Source of the DNA: an uncultured Acidobacteriota bacterium
Lineage (GTDB): Bacteria > Acidobacteriota > UBA6911
DNA: 64,000 nt
Reading direction: 5' to 3'
NCBI GenBank assembly: GCA_964481255.1
Contig: CAYZTZ010000003.1
Coordinates: 1,174 to 65,173, forward strand
The notes under the pieces were generated by a model. It had not been told where the DNA came from. It ran no database searches and worked only from the letters and a program-made list of their open reading frames with translations. Positions 59,909 through 64,000 of this stretch are shown here, piece by piece (position 1 is the stretch's first letter; each line of letters starts with the position of its first letter). A program made the position numbers and the translations under genes.

Positions 59909-61048
59909 TTGCGAATTGCGAAATACATTGTATCGATGGTCGGTCTTGCTCTTTTCGTTGCGGGATGCGGCGAAAACGGGAAGCAGGTACCGAGCGCCCA
60001 GGAAAGCATGGCCAAGAACAAGCTGGTGCGTATTCTGACCGATGCCGTGAACGCCCCGTTCGAATATGGAGAGGGGACGGGCGTCAAAGGATTTGACGTC
60101 GACATCGGCAACGAGATCGGGAAGGATCTCGGCATCGAGGTCAAATGGGTCAAAGTCACCGGATACGACCATATCTTTGAACTGCTGAAGAACGGAGAAG
60201 GGGAGATCCTGCTGTCCGCCGTCGCGATCGATCCCAAATGGAGCCGGGATTTTTCGTTTTCCAAACCCTATTACGATACGGGGGATGCTATCGCGCATCG
60301 GCGGGACAATTTCGACATCAAGAGTCTTTCGAGCCTTTCGGGCAAGAAGGTCGGCGTCTGCACCGGACGGCCGGGCGACAGCTTCATGACGGCTCAGAAG
60401 ACGGCCGCGAATGTCAGCCTCAGCCGGTATGCCACCTTGGACGACGCCCTTGGGGCGTTGAATCGCGCCGAAATCGACGCGGTGGTCGGGGACGAGGGCA
60501 TTCTGACCTACAGCAGCTTCAAAAGCTACCCCAACACCACGACATTGCCCGTGCTGATCCATAAGTACCAGTATGCCGTCGCCGTGCGCGAGAGCGAAAA
60601 AGAGCTTCTGGCGAAAATCAACGCGACCCTCGACCGGCTGAAGAGCTCCGGAGAACTGGACGCTCTGAAAACGAAGTGGTTTCAGAACATCGGCGAGGAG
60701 GCCCTCAAGCAGCGGCTGAGGGATCAGCAGGAGGAGGCCCTCAAGAAAGCCCCCAAGACCATTTCGGTTGTCATCAACAAGCTGGGCGGCGCTTTCAATA
60801 TGGATCGGCTGGACGGCTTTGTGCTCGTTCTCCAGGGGCCGCAGGGCAGCTATCAATCGACGCCCATTCTGACTGAAGGATCGAAAGGGAACTGCCGTTT
60901 CAGCCAGCCCGTCCCGCCCGGGGACTACACGCTGAACATGAGCATTTTCAAAATGACGACCAAGGTCACGGTGCCCGATCTGCCCAAGAACGCCCTCGCC
61001 ATGAACATGAATATCTCGGCGAGCGGTATCGCCATCACACTCAAATAG
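59909..61048 (+). CDS. amino-acid-type ABC substrate-binding lipoprotein (SBP_bac_3-like) with an extra ~110-aa C-terminal domain
   Basis: Lipobox LFVAGC. A type-II periplasmic-binding fold spans about aa 30-250, followed by a beta-rich tail. TTG start 8 nt after GGAGG. Confidence 0.7.
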   Translation: MRIAKYIVSMVGLALFVAGCGENGKQVPSAQESMAKNKLVRILTDAVNAPFEYGEGTGVKGFDVDIGNEIGKDLGIEVKWVKVTGYDHIFELLKNGEGEILLSAVAIDPKWSRDFSFSKPYYDTGDAIAHRRDNFDIKSLSSLSGKKVGVCTGRPGDSFMTAQKTAANVSLSRYATLDDALGALNRAEIDAVVGDEGILTYSSFKSYPNTTTLPVLIHKYQYAVAVRESEKELLAKINATLDRLKSSGELDALKTKWFQNIGEEALKQRLRDQQEEALKKAPKTISVVINKLGGAFNMDRLDGFVLVLQGPQGSYQSTPILTEGSKGNCRFSQPVPPGDYTLNMSIFKMTTKVTVPDLPKNALAMNMNISASGIAITLK

Positions 61049-61099
61049 CCGCGAGCGGCAAGCCGCCGGGCTCTCAAGCGGACGGCGGCTTTTCGATCC

Positions 61100-62293
61100 A
61101 TGGTCATGAAACGTCATCCCATAAGGCTTATTGTTATCGTGGCGCTCCTTGCGAGCGCCGCGACCATGATCGCCCTGCGATGGAATCCGATTCCGGCTTC
61201 GAGCGACAGGTCGGCGCCGGAACCGGCCGTCCCGGCCGTATCCGCGGCGGCGCAGACAATCAGCGGAGACGAAGAAGTCAACATCAGGGTGTACAACGCC
61301 GTCAGCCCGGGCGTGGTCAATATCACCACCACGGTTCTGGAGTATGATTTCTTTTACGGCGCCGTGCCGCGCGAAGGGACGGGCAGCGGGTGCGTTCTGG
61401 ACAAGGACGGGAACATTCTGACCAACTACCACGTGATCGAATCGGCGAAAAGCCTTGAGGTTTCCCTCCCGGACCAGTCCAAATACCATGCCGAGATTAT
61501 CGGGGCGGACAGGCAGAACGACCTGGCCGTCGTCCGGCTGATCAAGGCGCCCAGAGAGCGTCTGCACCCGGTTCCTTTAGGGGATTCCAGCAGCCTGAAG
61601 GTGGGGCAAAAAGTGCTGGCCATCGGCAACCCGCTCGGCCTTCAAAACACTCTCACCGTGGGCATCGTGAGCTCCCTGGGGAGAAGGATACGAACCGAGA
61701 GCGGCGACCTTGTGGACAACGTCATCCAGACCGACGCCGCCATCAACCCCGGGAATTCCGGCGGACCCCTCCTGAACACCGCCGGGGAGATGATCGGCAT
61801 CAACACCTCGATTTTTACGATAGGCGGGGGGAACATCGGCATAGGTTTCGCCATACCGACCAATACCGTGCGGCGCGTGGTATCCGACCTGATCAAACAT
61901 GGGCGCGTACTGCGGCCATGGTTCGGGGTTGAGGGCTATGCTTTGAACGAGGATCTGGCCCAGGAACTCGACCTTCCCGTCTCAAGCGGCATCCTGGTCG
62001 CGAGGGTTTACCGCGGCAGTTCCGCGGACAACGCCGGAATACGCGGCGCGAATCAGATCGCGCTTCTCTATAACGTGCGGATCGGCATCGGCGGAGACAT
62101 CATTACGGAAATCGCCGGCCAGCCGATTTCCTCCATGGATGAGCTGAAACTGGTCCTCGAGACCAAAAGGCCCGGAGACGTCGTCCCTGTGACGATCTAC
62201 CGGGGCCGGTCCAGAATTCAGAAATCGGTGACCCTTGTGGAAGCGCCGCAACGGAGGTCCTCGACTCTGTTCCCGCGGATATTCCTCCAGTGA
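61100..62293 (+). CDS. HtrA/DegP-family serine protease with one PDZ domain
   Basis: Catalytic His (TNYHVI), Asp (NDLAVV) and Ser (GNSGGPL). N-terminal TM/signal segment and a C-terminal PDZ. Confidence 0.88.
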   Translation: MVMKRHPIRLIVIVALLASAATMIALRWNPIPASSDRSAPEPAVPAVSAAAQTISGDEEVNIRVYNAVSPGVVNITTTVLEYDFFYGAVPREGTGSGCVLDKDGNILTNYHVIESAKSLEVSLPDQSKYHAEIIGADRQNDLAVVRLIKAPRERLHPVPLGDSSSLKVGQKVLAIGNPLGLQNTLTVGIVSSLGRRIRTESGDLVDNVIQTDAAINPGNSGGPLLNTAGEMIGINTSIFTIGGGNIGIGFAIPTNTVRRVVSDLIKHGRVLRPWFGVEGYALNEDLAQELDLPVSSGILVARVYRGSSADNAGIRGANQIALLYNVRIGIGGDIITEIAGQPISSMDELKLVLETKRPGDVVPVTIYRGRSRIQKSVTLVEAPQRRSSTLFPRIFLQ

Positions 62294-62409
62294 CGCCGGG
62301 GGCCGAGGCCGCCCCGGAATCCTTCGAAGTTCCGCATCCAGGCCGAGGCCGGAGCGCGGCGCATCCTTGAACCCGTAATCGCGAAAGTCCCGATACCCTT
62401 GAGGTCTTC

Positions 62410-63480
62410 ATGCTTGGAGGAAAACGGCCCGGCGCCCGGCGGCTTTGCGCGCTTTGCGCCCTGATGGCCGCCGGCAGCCTGTCGGCCGCGGAGCGCGAGC
62501 CGCTCACAAGGCTCGCAGAGGGCGTCTACGCAAGGATCGTCAGCCCCGACGGAGACGCCGTGGGCAACTCCGGCGTGGTTATTATGCATTCCGCGGTGGC
62601 GGTCTTCGATACGCACTTTACGCCGGAAGCGGGGCGCGCCCTGATGGAGGCGATTCGGGGGATCACTTCAAAGCCGGTGCGCTTTGTCATCAACAGCCAC
62701 TTCCATGCGGACCATACCCACGGCAATGCCGCTTTTGCCGATGCGCAGCTCATCGGGAGCGGGAATACCCGGCGCGGCGTCCTGGAGGAGGACCTGCCTT
62801 CGCTCCAGCGCGCGATCCGTGCGACGCGCGCGCAGCTCGAAGCCCTGAAGGCCAAGGTTCCCGGAAAGAGCGCTCCCATGCAGCCTGCGCCCGATCGAGA
62901 CGCGATCGAGAGCCGGCAAAAGTATCTGGATTATCTGCTGGACCTGCGGATCCTGGCTCCTTTCGTGACTTTCGACGACAGACTTGTCGTTCGCGACGGC
63001 GGCTCGGAGATCCAATTGCTTTATCTGGGCAAGGGACACACCGACGGCGATGCGGTTCTATGGATTCCGTGGGCCAAAGTCGCTTTTCTTGGGGACCTGT
63101 TTTTCAACGAAGCCATCCCCAACGTCCAGGACGCAAATATCCTGGAATGGATGCAGACACTGCAAAGCGCCCTGAAGCTCGAAGCCGACACCTATGTTCC
63201 CGGACACGGACCGGTCGGCGACCGGAAGGCCGTCGAGAGATTCCTGGGCTATCTGGAAGACCTGCGGGCGATGGTTCAGCCGGCCGTCGCACGCGGGGAG
63301 CGCGCGGATCAGGCTGTCGCCGCGATACGGATCCCGGAGAAATATTCCTCGTACGGGTTCCAAAACCTGTTCCCGTCCAATGTGCTGAAAATGTACGCGG
63401 AACTCAAGGCCCTGCAGGATTCCGCCGCATCCTCCCCCGTTTCTCCCAAACCGAAGACGCAGCCGGACGGCCGACGGTGA
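62410..63480 (+). CDS. secreted MBL-fold metallo-hydrolase
   Basis: Signal peptide, then the HFHADHTHGN (HxHxDH) motif, with downstream HTDGD and PGHG metal ligands. Confidence 0.8.
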   Translation: MLGGKRPGARRLCALCALMAAGSLSAAEREPLTRLAEGVYARIVSPDGDAVGNSGVVIMHSAVAVFDTHFTPEAGRALMEAIRGITSKPVRFVINSHFHADHTHGNAAFADAQLIGSGNTRRGVLEEDLPSLQRAIRATRAQLEALKAKVPGKSAPMQPAPDRDAIESRQKYLDYLLDLRILAPFVTFDDRLVVRDGGSEIQLLYLGKGHTDGDAVLWIPWAKVAFLGDLFFNEAIPNVQDANILEWMQTLQSALKLEADTYVPGHGPVGDRKAVERFLGYLEDLRAMVQPAVARGERADQAVAAIRIPEKYSSYGFQNLFPSNVLKMYAELKALQDSAASSPVSPKPKTQPDGRR

Positions 63481-63566
63481 TCCGTTGATGGACGGGACGC
63501 GCCGTCCGCGGGCGCCGGCAATTCGCCGTTTGCGCGCCGGAACGAATCTGCTATTTTAATGGTGCC

Positions 63567-64000
63567 ATGAACACGGATTCGGAAACTTGTCCGATCTGCC
63601 AGGGGTCCGGGTGGGAGCCGGTCGAGGGCGGCGTGAAGGTCTGCCGCTGCCGATGCGTCGAATCGGCGCGGATTCAGCGCCTGCTCGCGGAGGCGCGCAT
63701 CCCCCGGCGCTACGAACACTGCGATCTGGATTCCTATAAGCCCAACGACGAGTCGCAGAAAAAGGCCAAACTCTACGTGCAGCGTTTCCTGGACCAATAC
63801 CCCCAGATTGATGTCGGCTTGCTCTTCCTGGGGACCTGCGGGGTGGGGAAAACGCACCTGGCAGTCGCCCTCTTGAAGCAGGTGATCCTGGAAAAGGGCG
63901 ACGGGGGGCTTTTCTATGATTTTCGCGATCTGCTGAGGGAAATCCAGGCGAGCTGGAACTCCGTTTCCCAGGCGTCGGAGCTCGACGTCCTGCGGCCCGT
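63567..64000 (+). CDS. DnaC/IstB-like AAA+ helicase-loader homologue with an N-terminal zinc ribbon (3' truncated by the window)
   Basis: My own translation: MNTDSETCPICQGSGWEP...VCRCRC...LLFLGTCGVGKTHLAVAL (Walker A). The frame is open to the window end. Confidence 0.7.
   Translation, partial: MNTDSETCPICQGSGWEPVEGGVKVCRCRCVESARIQRLLAEARIPRRYEHCDLDSYKPNDESQKKAKLYVQRFLDQYPQIDVGLLFLGTCGVGKTHLAVALLKQVILEKGDGGLFYDFRDLLREIQASWNSVSQASELDVLRP

Overview
This is a GC-rich bacterial chromosomal segment with about 57 protein-coding genes, nearly all conserved housekeeping functions. BamD, LpxL-like and ArnT-like genes point to a diderm; an Acidobacteriota-like origin is my guess only and is not verifiable here.

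Plus-strand genes: aroC (5' truncated), def-fmt-rsmB-rpe, a bamD-like gene with a CheY-like regulator, valS, birA and ftsY. Further along: fabG, radC, a PfkB kinase, an isochorismatase-family hydrolase, hemW, ltaE, mtnP, a second PfkB kinase, hisS-mutL, rocD, uppP, tsaB-rimI, an orphan solute-binding lipoprotein, an HtrA-like protease, an MBL hydrolase and a 3'-truncated dnaC-like loader.

Minus-strand genes: crp/fnr-family regulator, unknown exported protein, AmiC-like amidase, lytic transglycosylase, alaS, recX, pilT, lpxL-like acyltransferase, accA, dnaE, guaA and hisG. A long operon runs from a GT39 ArnT-like gene through an LPG_synthase_TM-like gene, GT2, yqeC-like gene and trmH to rarA, with mutS just upstream.

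I found no rRNA, tRNA, CRISPR array, transposase, integrase or phage genes. No clearly novel multi-gene system is evident.

The items most worth a second look:
- A ~150-nt multi-hairpin repeat present in two inverted copies (10752-10900 and 29165-29310).
- A 168-nt rod-like, strand-specific hairpin inside an unusually long 460-bp spacer (45033-45200).
- An uncharacterised three-gene operon (32960-35455).
- guaA lacking any canonical start codon for its conserved N-terminus.
- Sharply AT-rich, codon-anomalous patches inside pfkB and at the end of uppP.
- An all-A/T palindrome in the ftsY/crp convergent gap.
- GAAT heptad arrays flanking radC.

All functional calls rest on motif recognition by eye. 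No database search was run.
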